Below are positions 48,002 to 57,833 of a DNA stretch of 62,168 bases, in pieces (position 1 is the first letter of the stretch; each line of letters opens with the position of its first letter). Below the pieces are notes generated by a model. The model saw only the letters and a list, made by a program, of their open reading frames with translations, had not been told where the DNA came from and did not search any database. The position numbers were made by a program, and so were the translations under genes. The DNA comes from Acidobacteriota bacterium (lineage in GTDB: Bacteria; Acidobacteriota; Terriglobia; 2-12-FULL-54-10): NCBI GenBank assembly GCA_016199675.1, contig JACQGE010000117.1, positions 1 to 62,168 of the forward strand, given 5' to 3'.

Positions 48002-48640
48002 ATGTCCGCAGAAATCCATATCACTGCACAGCAAGTAAAGGAGCTAAGGGATAAAACCGGCGCTCCCTGGATGGACTGCAAGATCGCCTTGAATGAGGCC
48101 AAGGGGGACATGGCGGGCGCCGAGACCGTTCTGCGGAAGCGCGGCCTGGCTTCGGCCCAAAAGCGCGCGGGGCGGGCCACTCTGGAGGGCTTGATTGGTT
48201 CTTATATCCATGCTGGCGGAAAAATCGGCGTCCTGTTGGAACTGAATTGCGAGACAGATTTTGTCGCCCGCACAGACGAATTCAAGCAACTGGCCCATGA
48301 TCTGGCCATGCACGTGGCCGCGACGGACCCCCGTTTCCTGAGCAAGGAGGAAGTGACTCCGGAAATCCTGGAAAAAGAAAAAGAGATTTACCGGGCACAG
48401 GCCCTAGCTTCCGGCAAACCCGAAAAAGTAGTGGAGCGGATTGTCGAAGGCAAAATGGAAAAATTTTATGAAGAAGTCTGCTTGTTGGAACAGCACTATA
48501 TTAAGGACCCTGGACAAACCGTTCACCAAGTCATCGCTTCCAGCATCGGCAAGCTCGGCGAAAATATTGCGGTGAGGCGTTTTATCCGCTTCAAATTGGG
48601 TGACACGTCCTCAAACCAACTGCCGGGCGCTGGCGCCTGA
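48002..48640 (+). CDS. tsf: Elongation factor Ts (short form)
   Basis: ITAQQVKELRDKTGAPWMDCKIAL... and ELNCETDFVART. Confidence 0.9.
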   Translation: MSAEIHITAQQVKELRDKTGAPWMDCKIALNEAKGDMAGAETVLRKRGLASAQKRAGRATLEGLIGSYIHAGGKIGVLLELNCETDFVARTDEFKQLAHDLAMHVAATDPRFLSKEEVTPEILEKEKEIYRAQALASGKPEKVVERIVEGKMEKFYEEVCLLEQHYIKDPGQTVHQVIASSIGKLGENIAVRRFIRFKLGDTSSNQLPGAGA

Positions 48641-48649
48641 TCTCAGCTC

Positions 48650-49369
48650 ATGGTTTCCAAGCCAATTTTCAAACGCATCCTCCTAAAGCTAAGCGGAGAG
48701 GCTCTGGGCGGCGCTCAGGGATACGGGGTGGATCCCGACCGCGCCTCCGAAATCGCGGACGAAATCCGTGAAGTGCACGAACTGGGGGTAGAGACCGCCA
48801 TCGTCATCGGAGGTGGCAACATCTTTCGCGGTGTAGCGGAATCAGCGAAACAAATGGATCGGGTGGCCGCCGACCACATGGGCATGTTGGCAACGGTGAT
48901 CAATGCCATAGCGCTCCAGGACGCTCTGGAAAAGCTCGCAGTGCCAACCCGGGTCATGACTGCCATTGCGATGCACCAAGTGGCTGAACCCTTCATCCGC
49001 CGGCGGGCCATTCGCCATCTGGAAAAGGGGCGGCTCGTGATCTTCGCCGCCGGGACCGGTAATCCATATTTTTCCACAGACACGGCCGCTGCCCTGCGCG
49101 GCACTGAAATCCGCGCCGATGTAATCCTAAAAGCTACCAAGGTGGATGGCATTTACGATGCAGACCCGGCTCAGGTGAGAAACGCCAAGCTGTTTCCCGA
49201 AATTTCCTACCGGGAAATGCTTTCGCAAAACTTGATGGTGATGGATTCCACCGCCATCGCATTGTGCCGAGAAAACAGTCTTCCCCTCATCGTTTTCAAT
49301 TTGAACGTGCCCGGTAATATTCTGCGAGTTATTCGGGGCGAAAAGATCGGCTCGCTGGTCAGCAAATAG
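48650..49369 (+). CDS. pyrH: UMP kinase
   Basis: [37 protein letters not shown]. Confidence 0.95.
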   Translation: MVSKPIFKRILLKLSGEALGGAQGYGVDPDRASEIADEIREVHELGVETAIVIGGGNIFRGVAESAKQMDRVAADHMGMLATVINAIALQDALEKLAVPTRVMTAIAMHQVAEPFIRRRAIRHLEKGRLVIFAAGTGNPYFSTDTAAALRGTEIRADVILKATKVDGIYDADPAQVRNAKLFPEISYREMLSQNLMVMDSTAIALCRENSLPLIVFNLNVPGNILRVIRGEKIGSLVSK

Positions 49370-49401
49370 CGGGATATCGAAAAAATGAGTCGGAGAATCC
49401 T

Positions 49402-49959
49402 ATGACTCAAGCAGCGATCCAGGAAGCCAAGAGGAGAATGCAAAAAGCCGAGCAGGACTTGCGCGCTGAACTGGCCACGATCCGCACGGGCCGCGCTTCC
49501 GTCAGTCTCCTCGACCATGTGAAGGTGGATTATTATGGCACGCCCACTTCGATTAAAGAATTGGCTAAGCTTTCCGTCGCCGATCCTACTACCTTGGTTG
49601 TTCAGCCCTGGGATGTAAGCGTTCTGCCGCAAATTGAAAAAACCATCCGGAGCTCCGACTTGGGTTTGAATCCCGCCAACGACGGGAAAATCATCCGCAT
49701 TCCGATTCCAGCCCTCACCGAAGAACGCCGCAAGGAATTAGTGCGGCACCTCCATAAGGTGTTGGAGGAGCACCGCACGGCGGTAAGGAATATTCGCCGC
49801 GACACCAACGAAGTTTTCAAGAAACTGCTTAAAGAAAAGAAAATTGCGGAGGACGAGGAGCGCCGCGCTCTCGAAGAAGTACAGAAGATTACCGACCAGG
49901 CCATTGCGCATTTGGACGAAACGGGAAAGAACAAGGAAAAAGAAATCCTGGCAGTCTAG
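49402..49959 (+). CDS. frr: Ribosome recycling factor
   Basis: LATIRTGRASVSLLD, IRIPIPALTEERRKELV. Confidence 0.95.
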   Translation: MTQAAIQEAKRRMQKAEQDLRAELATIRTGRASVSLLDHVKVDYYGTPTSIKELAKLSVADPTTLVVQPWDVSVLPQIEKTIRSSDLGLNPANDGKIIRIPIPALTEERRKELVRHLHKVLEEHRTAVRNIRRDTNEVFKKLLKEKKIAEDEERRALEEVQKITDQAIAHLDETGKNKEKEILAV

Positions 49960-50021
49960 AGAGGGAATCAGAGCCGCGTGCGTGAGCAAGCGGGCAGGGG
50001 ACGGTTCAGGCAAGGTCGCAA

Positions 50022-50648
50022 ATGACTTCTTCTTCCGAACAACGAGATTCCAAGCGCCGTCTCATCATCGGCATCACCGGGGCCACCGGGGCCATTTACG
50101 GTATCCGCTTACTTCAGGTCTTGCGAACGGTCCCTGAAGTGGAAACCCATCTGATTGTTTCTAAAGCTGCCGAGCAAGTCATCGCTTATGAAACAGAATT
50201 GACTCTTCGCCAGGTACGGGAAATGGCCAATGTCACCTACGATGTCAAAGACATTGCCGCCCCGATTTCAAGTGGTTCCTACGCGGCCGAGGGAATGATT
50301 ATCGCTCCCTGCTCTATCAAAACATTATCAGCGGTGGCCAGTTGCTTCAGTCTCGACCTGTTGAGCCGCGCCGCCGATGTGACTCTCAAAGAGGGCCGCC
50401 GCTTGGTATTGCTGGTTCGAGAAGCCCCCCTGCATCTCGGCCATTTGCGCCTGATGGCCCAGGTGGCGGAGATGGGAGCCATTATTGTTCCGCCAGTCCC
50501 CGCGTTTTATAACTTTCCGAAGACGGTGGACGACATCATCAATCATACCGTGGGACGCATCCTGGACCTCTTCCACATGGACGTGGATTTGGTAAAACGC
50601 TGGGAGGGGATGCGCACCCTGGCCAAATCCGAAGTCTCTTCTACTTGA
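50022..50648 (+). CDS. ubiX: UbiX-family flavin prenyltransferase
   Basis: RLIIGITGATGAIYGIRLLQVL, IIAPCSIKTLSAVA. Confidence 0.9.
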   Translation: MTSSSEQRDSKRRLIIGITGATGAIYGIRLLQVLRTVPEVETHLIVSKAAEQVIAYETELTLRQVREMANVTYDVKDIAAPISSGSYAAEGMIIAPCSIKTLSAVASCFSLDLLSRAADVTLKEGRRLVLLVREAPLHLGHLRLMAQVAEMGAIIVPPVPAFYNFPKTVDDIINHTVGRILDLFHMDVDLVKRWEGMRTLAKSEVSST

Positions 50649-50867
50649 ACTGAGCCAGAGCACTCCGCAGCAACCATAAACCGCAAATGTTGGGTCAGCT
50701 ACCGAGACGGGCGTTTTACGGGCAGTAATATCTAAAAGGCGATAAGCCGATTTGCCAAGTTGCGGCAGCGAGCCGAGCACCAACAATAGAGGTTTACGGT
50801 TAGAAATTAACGTAATGGTGCTAAAATCCCGCCGTCTCGCCATATTCAGGAGATCAGGGCACCATCC

Positions 50868-52240
50868 ATGCTTAGGGCAAACAGCCAACTGAAGCAGGCT
50901 CTGGGTGACGCCCGCGTTGAGTTTCTTGAGGACGCGGCTGGAGCTATTCAGAGGCTTCTCCCTCATGTACAGGTTTCGAAGTGGGACGAGTCCTCTTGGG
51001 AAAAGACCCATTCCGTGTGGGATTCGTCAAAGCGAACTCGGATACGAATAACTTTGGCAATAGGCAAGAAAGGGGAACGAGGAAATGGGTCTCTGACGGC
51101 TGTGGTTGAACGGCGACGCCTTCCAGGTGTTTCTGGAAGCACAGGCCAAATCCTTGACATGCGCGAGTTCGACATCTGCAAGAGAATTGTTTTCCGTACA
51201 TCCGAAATTCTGGAACAATCATTGCCAGGAACAAACCCAGCCTCCATCAAGGCCATCAGCGATGCTTTCGACGAGCAAGTTGTAGCGCAGCATATTGTAG
51301 AATATCATGGCTTAACAAAGACGCCGGTGAGCTCGCTGTTAGACGCTCTTCATACTCTTTCCGAACAGAGTTACGAAAACAAAGCCCTCACATTCGGATG
51401 CATACTAGAGTCCAAGAAGAAGGTTAACAAGCAGGGGGCGCTGTTTCCTGGGGAGTTTCTTAGTTCGAAGAAGTACAAGGCGCTCTCGGATGGTTTCCGC
51501 ACCGCCTATCACATTTCCCCAAGCGGTGAAATTCTTAACCTTATTGACCTGGATCGCTTCGAGAAACAGAATCTCACTGAAAGACACTATTACCCAGATT
51601 GGGCCGAGCCAATCGCCCAAGCGAGTCGCTCAGGCAGGAGCGGGATTGCATTGAGTCGTCAAGGGGACATCCTTGTATTTCATGAAGGGACGCTTCGATT
51701 CACATACCGCTATGGACGGTGGCAGTATTGGAACCATGTACACTTGGTGCGTCTGCTTAGCGGCCGGACGCGAGCACAGCGAGTGCCAAGGAAAATCTTG
51801 GGCCGTGTTGTTGGTGCTATCTATCGAGCGGCGCTCGACGTGTCGTTTCGACGTTCCGGGGGTTTGTTTGTAATTTTGCACAATCGCAATCGCCTCCATG
51901 AAGTGGTTCGGACAGGTGATGCAATTGGAGACACGAAACGGAGCAAGGAGGACCTCTCATTTGACGCAGTGATACAGCAGCGCACTATACAATCGCTGCC
52001 TCGTGTGGTAGTGGTTGAGTTAGCTTCTTTGGACGGCGCGATCGTCCTAAATAATTCCGGTAGGGTTCTTGCATACGGAGCTGTTCTTCAGCCGAAGAAG
52101 GCCGGCCGCCTCCGCGCGGTACCGAAGGCAGCAGGACCAAAGCTGCCATCGGGGCCTCCAACTATGGATTGGCGGTGAAAATCAGCTCGGATGGTGACAT
52201 TAAGGTGTATCACAAAGGCAAGGCTTTTATTAGTGTGTAG
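50868..52240 (+). pseudogene. DAC (DisA_N/diadenylate-cyclase-fold) domain protein with an unknown ~290-aa N-terminal region; reading frame broken by a 1-nt shift
   Basis: Frame 0 gives SGGLFVIL...LASLDGAIVLNNSGRVLAYGAVL and stops at 52178. The next frame (open from 52064) continues GTEGSRTKAAIGASNYGLAVKISSDGDIKVYHKGKAFISV* to 52240, matching the DAC C-terminal block. The shift lies within ~52089-52120. Confidence 0.6.
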
Positions 52241-52348
52241 CTCACGCGTATGTAGCTTGTTGATAGACCCTCTCGTGGCTACTTCCTGAAAAGTCGGCAA
52301 ACCGGAAGCCGACTATCACGAAACCAACGGAAATCTTGCTGTCGCGAA

Positions 52349-53494
52349 TCACTCACCGTACGTGATGCTGTAAATCACACCGGCGCTGTCATCGGAGACG
52401 TACAACGCTCCGTCAGGGCCGGATAGAACATCCACCGGGCGTCCCCAAGCCCGGCCGCCTTGCAGCCAGCCGGTCGCAAAATTTTCCCACCGCACAGGCT
52501 TTCCCTCCTCCACTCGCACCCGCACCACCTTGTAGCCGTCCGGCACTCGCCGGTTCCAGGAACCGTGCAAGGCCACAAATAAGTTATTACGATACTCATC
52601 CGGGAATTTGTCTCCCTGGTAAAAACCCAACCCCAAAGGAGCATTGTGGGCGGGCAATGCCAGAGCGGCTGGAATTTTGTCGCAGCACCGCGCAGGGTCG
52701 TTATATTCCGGGTCGGGCACATTATTGCCATAGCAGTAGGGCCAGCCATAATTCCCCGGCCCGGTAATGATGTTGATCTCATCCGGCGGCAGGTTGTCTC
52801 CCAGCCTGTCTCTGCCGTTTTCGGTGGTCCATAGTTTCCCGTCCTGAGGGTTGATGCGCAATCCGACCGCGTTGCGCAGTCCGCTGGCATAGACCTCTGC
52901 CCTGTTGCCGTCCGCAGGAAGGCGAAGAACTGCTGCTCGTTTTTGGTCTCTTTCCTCACAGACATTGCAATCGGAACCAACAGAGATGAACAGGTCTTGG
53001 TTGGGGCCAAAAGCAATCGTGCGAGTGAAGTGCATCCCTCCGGACGGCAGATCGGAAACCACCGTTACCGCTTGTGATGGCTGCATCGGGCGTCCCGCGT
53101 GCAGGGCTGCTTCCGCCCCAGCGAAGCGCAGCACTCTTCCCGTTTCCGCCACGTAGAGGTCCTCTCCTCGAAAAGCAAGCCCATGAGGGCGGTTTAGTCC
53201 TTTTAGGAAGGCATAAGAGCGCGTCGCACGCCCGGTGCGATTCGGGTCAACCAGCGCCATGATGCTGCCTTCTTGCGTCAAGCTGACTAAGAGAATGCCC
53301 GAAGGACTGAAGGCCATAATGCGAGCGCCCGGCAGGTCCTCTGCAAATATGGCAATCTGAAATCCCGGCGGCAAACGGACCAGCCCTAAGTCAAGGGGTC
53401 CCGCGAATGGAAGTATTGGCCCGCAACCAAAGGTAATGAGAATCACTCCAATTCCCAGAAGGAATCTCCGTATGCAAAGGTTTTGTGGCTTCAT
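52349..53494 (-). CDS. PQQ-dependent sugar (aldose/sorbosone) dehydrogenase, secreted
   Basis: Signal or lipoprotein-like start MKPQNLCIRRFLLGIGVILITFGCG. Beta-propeller family motifs GLRNAVG, GPDGALYVSDD. Confidence 0.8.
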   Translation of the reverse strand: MKPQNLCIRRFLLGIGVILITFGCGPILPFAGPLDLGLVRLPPGFQIAIFAEDLPGARIMAFSPSGILLVSLTQEGSIMALVDPNRTGRATRSYAFLKGLNRPHGLAFRGEDLYVAETGRVLRFAGAEAALHAGRPMQPSQAVTVVSDLPSGGMHFTRTIAFGPNQDLFISVGSDCNVCEERDQKRAAVLRLPADGNRAEVYASGLRNAVGLRINPQDGKLWTTENGRDRLGDNLPPDEINIITGPGNYGWPYCYGNNVPDPEYNDPARCCDKIPAALALPAHNAPLGLGFYQGDKFPDEYRNNLFVALHGSWNRRVPDGYKVVRVRVEEGKPVRWENFATGWLQGGRAWGRPVDVLSGPDGALYVSDDSAGVIYSITYGE

Positions 53495-53748
53495 AAATCC
53501 CCCTTCTACTCTAGGACAATGTCCCGGCAACGATCCTACGCTTTCCCGCTCCAAGTTTCTTCAGAGTAACTAAAAGAATTGTGCTACAATGCCCCCACTT
53601 ACTAAAGAGGTAAGAGGAACAATATACATCCGGGCACGAACCCGATCCAATCCGCACCAACACTAACTCAATTGTCGTGCCCAATCCAAAAACGCCGACG
53701 CGGGACTGAATAGTTCCAGCAAGAGCCGCTCATTCAAGGAGGTGAGTC

Positions 53749-54258
53749 ATGCGGATACTCACGATCCTCGGGCTGGTGGCAATATTGTGCTGGTCTCCTC
53801 CATTGGGAGCACAAGAAACAGCCTCTGACAAGCTCCGGGATTGGAAGATCACGCCTGAAGAAGCCGCCAGGGAAAACCCCTTGAAGCCAGAGAAAGAAAG
53901 TCTGGAGCAAGGCCGAGTGTTGTTTGAATCCCAATGCGGGATGTGTCATGGGGTTAAGGGAGACGGAAAAGGAAGTTTGGCTTCGGTGCTGGAGGTAGAG
54001 ATACCGAGCTTCACAAATCCAGAAACTCTGAAAGGCCTCAGCGATGGCGCCGTTCTGGCGATGATAACAAAAGGCAAGGATAAGATGCCGGGCGGGGAGG
54101 GTCGCTTAACCGACGAGCAGAAGTGGAAAATGATTAATTACATCCGAACACTTCCCGCCGGTGGGACAACGCAGGGAGCTTCTCCCAGCCAATCCGTTAC
54201 CCCTCCTGCTCCTGCGCCAAAGGAAACCAAGGAGAACAACACTACTAAACCCAGTTAG
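53749..54258 (+). CDS. Class I c-type cytochrome (secreted)
   Basis: Signal peptide, haem motif CGMCHG, a distal Met region (DKMPGG) and a Pro/Ala-rich tail. Confidence 0.85.
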   Translation: MRILTILGLVAILCWSPPLGAQETASDKLRDWKITPEEAARENPLKPEKESLEQGRVLFESQCGMCHGVKGDGKGSLASVLEVEIPSFTNPETLKGLSDGAVLAMITKGKDKMPGGEGRLTDEQKWKMINYIRTLPAGGTTQGASPSQSVTPPAPAPKETKENNTTKPS

Positions 54259-54273
54259 GCTGATGGTCAAGGG

Positions 54274-54585
54274 CTACTTCCTGGGCAATTGCAGGTAATC
54301 CAGCAGAGAAATGCCTACTCGGCTGACAAACCGTTGGGCGAGCGAAGGAATTTCGCCCGTCGGCTCATCCTGGGCGATGCGCTCCACGCGGTGCATGGGG
54401 TAAAAAACTGTGGTCAGCGGGAGCACGCTTGGTTCTGCATCCAGGATTTGGTGGAGCCAATCGTCGAAGGAATTTAAGTCAATCCCTTGAATTGTCACCC
54501 CGGCCTGAGTGAGGGAAATCAATCTTCCCCAGACCTTTTCTTTAGGGGAGTGGAGGCTGAGAATGACAATGCTATTCGGTTCCAT
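54274..54585 (-). CDS. Hypothetical 103-aa protein
   Basis: ORF begins 8 nt after the tyrA stop. No recognised motif. Confidence 0.45.
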   Translation of the reverse strand: MEPNSIVILSLHSPKEKVWGRLISLTQAGVTIQGIDLNSFDDWLHQILDAEPSVLPLTTVFYPMHRVERIAQDEPTGEIPSLAQRFVSRVGISLLDYLQLPRK

Positions 54586-54593
54586 ACGGGCGG

Positions 54594-55478
54594 CTACTTC
54601 GTCAGCGCCGGGGACTTCAACTGCCGTCGCAATTCATTGGCGCGCTCAAAAATCTGCTCCAACTCCCGCGTTCGCAGATTATCCCGAAGATGTTCCAGAA
54701 CCTGCGTGAAGGTTGTGAGAGCCTGCTCCAAGTTTTCCGCGTTCGTTAAACAAATGTCCCGCCAAACTTTATAGGGGCTCTCCGCCAAGCGGGACGAGTC
54801 GCGCAAACCGCCCGCCGAAAACTCCAGATCTTCCGGCACTTTGAGATTCTCCATCACCGCCACGGCCAATGCCGTGGAGACCAGTTGCGGCAAATGACTG
54901 GTCCAGGTGACAATTTCATCGTGGACCTCTGCATCCAGCACCAAAATCCTAGCCCCGATGCGGTCCAGCCATTCCATGAAAGCGCGCACAACGGGCGGAT
55001 CCAGGTGGTGGCGGCTGTAGGGGGTGAGCGCGTAGCGTGAGCCTTGGAACAGATCAGCGTCAGCACTTTCAACGCCGGTCGTTTCTTTCCCGGCCATGGG
55101 ATGTCCTCCTACAAACAACGGCTTGCCCGGAAAAAGCTCATTGGCCCGCTCGCAGATTGTCGCTTTGGTGCTCCCCGCGTCCGTGACCAGCGCATCGGCT
55201 TTCACCAGCGCCGGAAGCTTGCCCAACAATTCCATAATGGAAAGGATTGGAGTCGAGAGGTAAACGACATCTGCTTCCGCCACCGCCTCGGCCAAGTTCG
55301 TGGTCCCGGCGTCAATAACTCCTAATCGTTGGGCTTTTTCGAGCGTTACCGGCCGCCCATGACCAACAATGCGACCCTGGAAACCGGCTTTTTTCAAAGC
55401 CAGTCCAAGCGATCCGCCAATCAACCCTACGCCGCAAATCGTGATCTGCCGAATGGAACTATGAAGGCTTTCATTCAT
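54594..55478 (-). CDS. tyrA: Prephenate dehydrogenase
   Basis: ITICGVGLIGGSLGLALKKAG and GGHPMAGKE. Confidence 0.85.
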   Translation of the reverse strand: MNESLHSSIRQITICGVGLIGGSLGLALKKAGFQGRIVGHGRPVTLEKAQRLGVIDAGTTNLAEAVAEADVVYLSTPILSIMELLGKLPALVKADALVTDAGSTKATICERANELFPGKPLFVGGHPMAGKETTGVESADADLFQGSRYALTPYSRHHLDPPVVRAFMEWLDRIGARILVLDAEVHDEIVTWTSHLPQLVSTALAVAVMENLKVPEDLEFSAGGLRDSSRLAESPYKVWRDICLTNAENLEQALTTFTQVLEHLRDNLRTRELEQIFERANELRRQLKSPALTK

Positions 55479-55502
55479 TCCTTGGGGTGCCTTTTCTATT
55501 CC

Positions 55503-55805
55503 TCAGTCCTGTTTCTTTGGAATCCCGAATGGGGAATCCGCTTCCGAGAAACGCCGCTGGAGGCTGCGGCCTTCCTCGACAATCTGCTCGAAAACCCGCC
55601 GCAGGGCGGCATCATCCAACGGCCCCTGATTGGCTTCCAAAACCTGCCGCAAGACTTCCCGCTCGCGGTTGGGCTCCTGGACCGGCAGGCCGTTTTGGCG
55701 CTTGATCTGGCCAATCTCCGCCACGCAGCGGGCGCGCTCGTTGAGCAATTCCACCAAGCGGCGGTCAATCTCGTCAATCTTTTTGCGCCAGTCAGCTATG
55801 TCCAT
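55503..55805 (-). CDS. Chorismate mutase (AroQ type)
   Basis: WRKKIDEIDRRLVELLNERARCVAEIGQIK...REREVL. Confidence 0.85.
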   Translation of the reverse strand: MDIADWRKKIDEIDRRLVELLNERARCVAEIGQIKRQNGLPVQEPNREREVLRQVLEANQGPLDDAALRRVFEQIVEEGRSLQRRFSEADSPFGIPKKQD

Positions 55806-55913
55806 CGTTGCAATACTGATAATCAGCCTGCCATTTCAAGGTTGCAATTGCCCTCTCATTATGCCACAGCCGCGATGGGGACAAATAACCCGTAACTAAG
55901 TCGAGCGGTGTAC

Positions 55914-56717
55914 TTACTGCGGGTTCATTTTGAATCCTTTGCATAACCAGCGGGCTAACTCGGCAACCTGTTGGGCCGGGTTCTCCGGGTGTTCTTCGAT
56001 ACAGCGGACCAGCGCGCTGCCCACAACCACGCCTTCGGCCAGCGGAGCCAGTTCGGCCAGGTGCTCCGGACGTGAAATGCCGAATCCCACAGCAATCGGA
56101 AGCGAGGTATAGATCCGCAGGCGGCGAAGCAAAGGAGTGACGGACTCGGAAAGTTGCTCCCGGACGCCCGTAACCCCTGCCCGGCTGATGGCATAGACGA
56201 AGCCGGTCGAGAGTTCAGCCACGCGCTTCAGCCGCTCCTCCGTGCTGGTCGGAGCCGCCAGGAAAACCGTGTCCAGACCCTTCCGCTGCATCTCCGCAAC
56301 ATACAGCGCCGCTTCCTCTACGCTCAAGTCGGTTATCAGCGCGCCATCCGCACCGCTGGAAACGGCGTCTGCTGCAAAGCGCTCCAAACCGTATCTCAGG
56401 ATGGGATTCAAATAGCTGAACAACAATAGGGGTACTTGGGAAGCGTGGCGAATCTGCCGCACCATCTCCAGGATTGCCGGAAGATAAGCACCGTTTTTCA
56501 GAGCCCGCTCGCCGGCGCGCTGAATGACAGGGCCATCGGCAATTGGCTCGGAGAATGGAATCCCCAATTCGATGATGTCCACTCCCGCCTCAGCCAGCGC
56601 GAGAACCACTTCCGTGCTTTTGGAAATATCCGGATCGCCCGCCATGACAAAGCCGATAAACGCCTTGTCGCCCCGGTTTTGCAATTGTTCCCAGCGTTGG
56701 CAGATTCGTGTTGCCAT
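55914..56717 (-). CDS. trpA: Tryptophan synthase alpha chain
   Basis: DIIELGIPFSEPIADGPVIQ, GFVYAISRAGVTG. Confidence 0.95.
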   Translation of the reverse strand: MATRICQRWEQLQNRGDKAFIGFVMAGDPDISKSTEVVLALAEAGVDIIELGIPFSEPIADGPVIQRAGERALKNGAYLPAILEMVRQIRHASQVPLLLFSYLNPILRYGLERFAADAVSSGADGALITDLSVEEAALYVAEMQRKGLDTVFLAAPTSTEERLKRVAELSTGFVYAISRAGVTGVREQLSESVTPLLRRLRIYTSLPIAVGFGISRPEHLAELAPLAEGVVVGSALVRCIEEHPENPAQQVAELARWLCKGFKMNPQ

Positions 56718-56923
56718 TATAAGAGTGACCCTTTCGTCTTTTCTCTCGGTTCCTGCAACATCTTGAGAATATGCTTGGCTAAAGGGTCTTTGATTTCGGT
56801 GTGGCGTGGAACAGGTTGGGATACTTTCGTAGCGGGGTTATGATACCAGTCGTGCTTTGCTCCGGGCCGGATCAGAATACCTCCCATCTCGTTCAAACGC
56901 CGAATCAGTTCCCGGCGTTTCAT
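56717..56923 (-). CDS. hicA: HicA-family mRNA interferase toxin
   Basis: MKRRELIRRLNEMGGILIRPGAKHDWYHNP...PVPRHTEIKDPLAKHILKML. Its stop overlaps the trpA start (TAATG). Confidence 0.75.
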   Translation of the reverse strand: MKRRELIRRLNEMGGILIRPGAKHDWYHNPATKVSQPVPRHTEIKDPLAKHILKMLQEPREKTKGSLL

Positions 56924-57108
56924 CCAACCTCTAATTCGGCGATCCGCCGGACATTCGGAATCTCCCCGGAAGTCAAATCGTTATACAAGTCCTTTAGATG
57001 TTCTTGCAAGTCCTCCAACGACTCTCCTTGGGTCCAGTAGTCTGGAAACTCTTCGAGGTAACCCAGCAACATATCGTCTTCTTGCCAGTAAATGTACCGA
57101 ATCGTCAT
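56920..57108 (-). CDS. hicB: HicB-family antitoxin (short)
   Basis: 62 aa: WQEDDMLLGYLEEFPDYWTQGESLEDLQEHLKDLY. ATGA overlap with hicA. Confidence 0.65.
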   Translation of the reverse strand: MTIRYIYWQEDDMLLGYLEEFPDYWTQGESLEDLQEHLKDLYNDLTSGEIPNVRRIAELEVG

Positions 57109-57177
57109 AGAATCAAGTCCCTTCCCCTATTCTTCGTCTTCATGACTTCCCAGCCCGTTTTGATCGTGACGCTTCCC

Positions 57178-57824
57178 TTACAATTCCAGTGCCTTATCTA
57201 AAACAGTCAAACCTTTTTCGCCGTAAGAAAACATCCCTTCGTCTACCCTTCGTACGTCCGTTTCTCGGCAAGCATCCATGACCTGTTGGAATAGCGGTCG
57301 ATAAGCAGTGAGGTACCAATCCACGTCGTCTTTCCTAGCGGAGAACCGGTCAACCGTTTGAAGGCAGTCCGCACGTTTGAATCCAAGATAGGAAACATTC
57401 CACCACTTATAACGTGTAGAAGCGTACTAGCTCTTGACAACCCAAATTTCTTTTTTCGAACTGAACCGTTTCGATAAGTATCCTTATAGGTTTTCCAAAT
57501 CCACTCGGTTAGGAATCCTGCCGCTGCCTGCTCATCGCTGATTCGCATACCGGGAAGTACGGAAGACGCAAGCGTCCAGATCTCGTACGCTACCATCGCA
57601 ACATTCGGTTTCCATTTGTCACCATTGAGTGCCCCATCCTTCCACTTACCGATCCATTCAAAGTCTGCCGATGAAAGCGGTCCTGATGTGCCTAAACGGA
57701 TGAGATGATTGATAGAGGGATATTTATTTCTCGGATAGCGAGATACCCAGTAGTCAAGCCACTCCCTGGCGTCGGTAGCCATTCTCCCATCGGCAAACTG
57801 GAATCGTAGGTTAACACGCTGCAT
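57178..57824 (-). pseudogene. Unknown accessory protein, frameshifted
   Basis: The track ORF 57243-57824 ends in an implausible tail. A second frame, open across the junction, reads ...DDVDWYLTAYRPLFQQVMDACRETDVRRVDEGMFSYGEKGLTVLDKALEL* and stops at 57178. The shift lies within ~57331-57350. Total length is 3n+2. Confidence 0.5.
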
Positions 57825-57833
57825 TTCTTAAGC

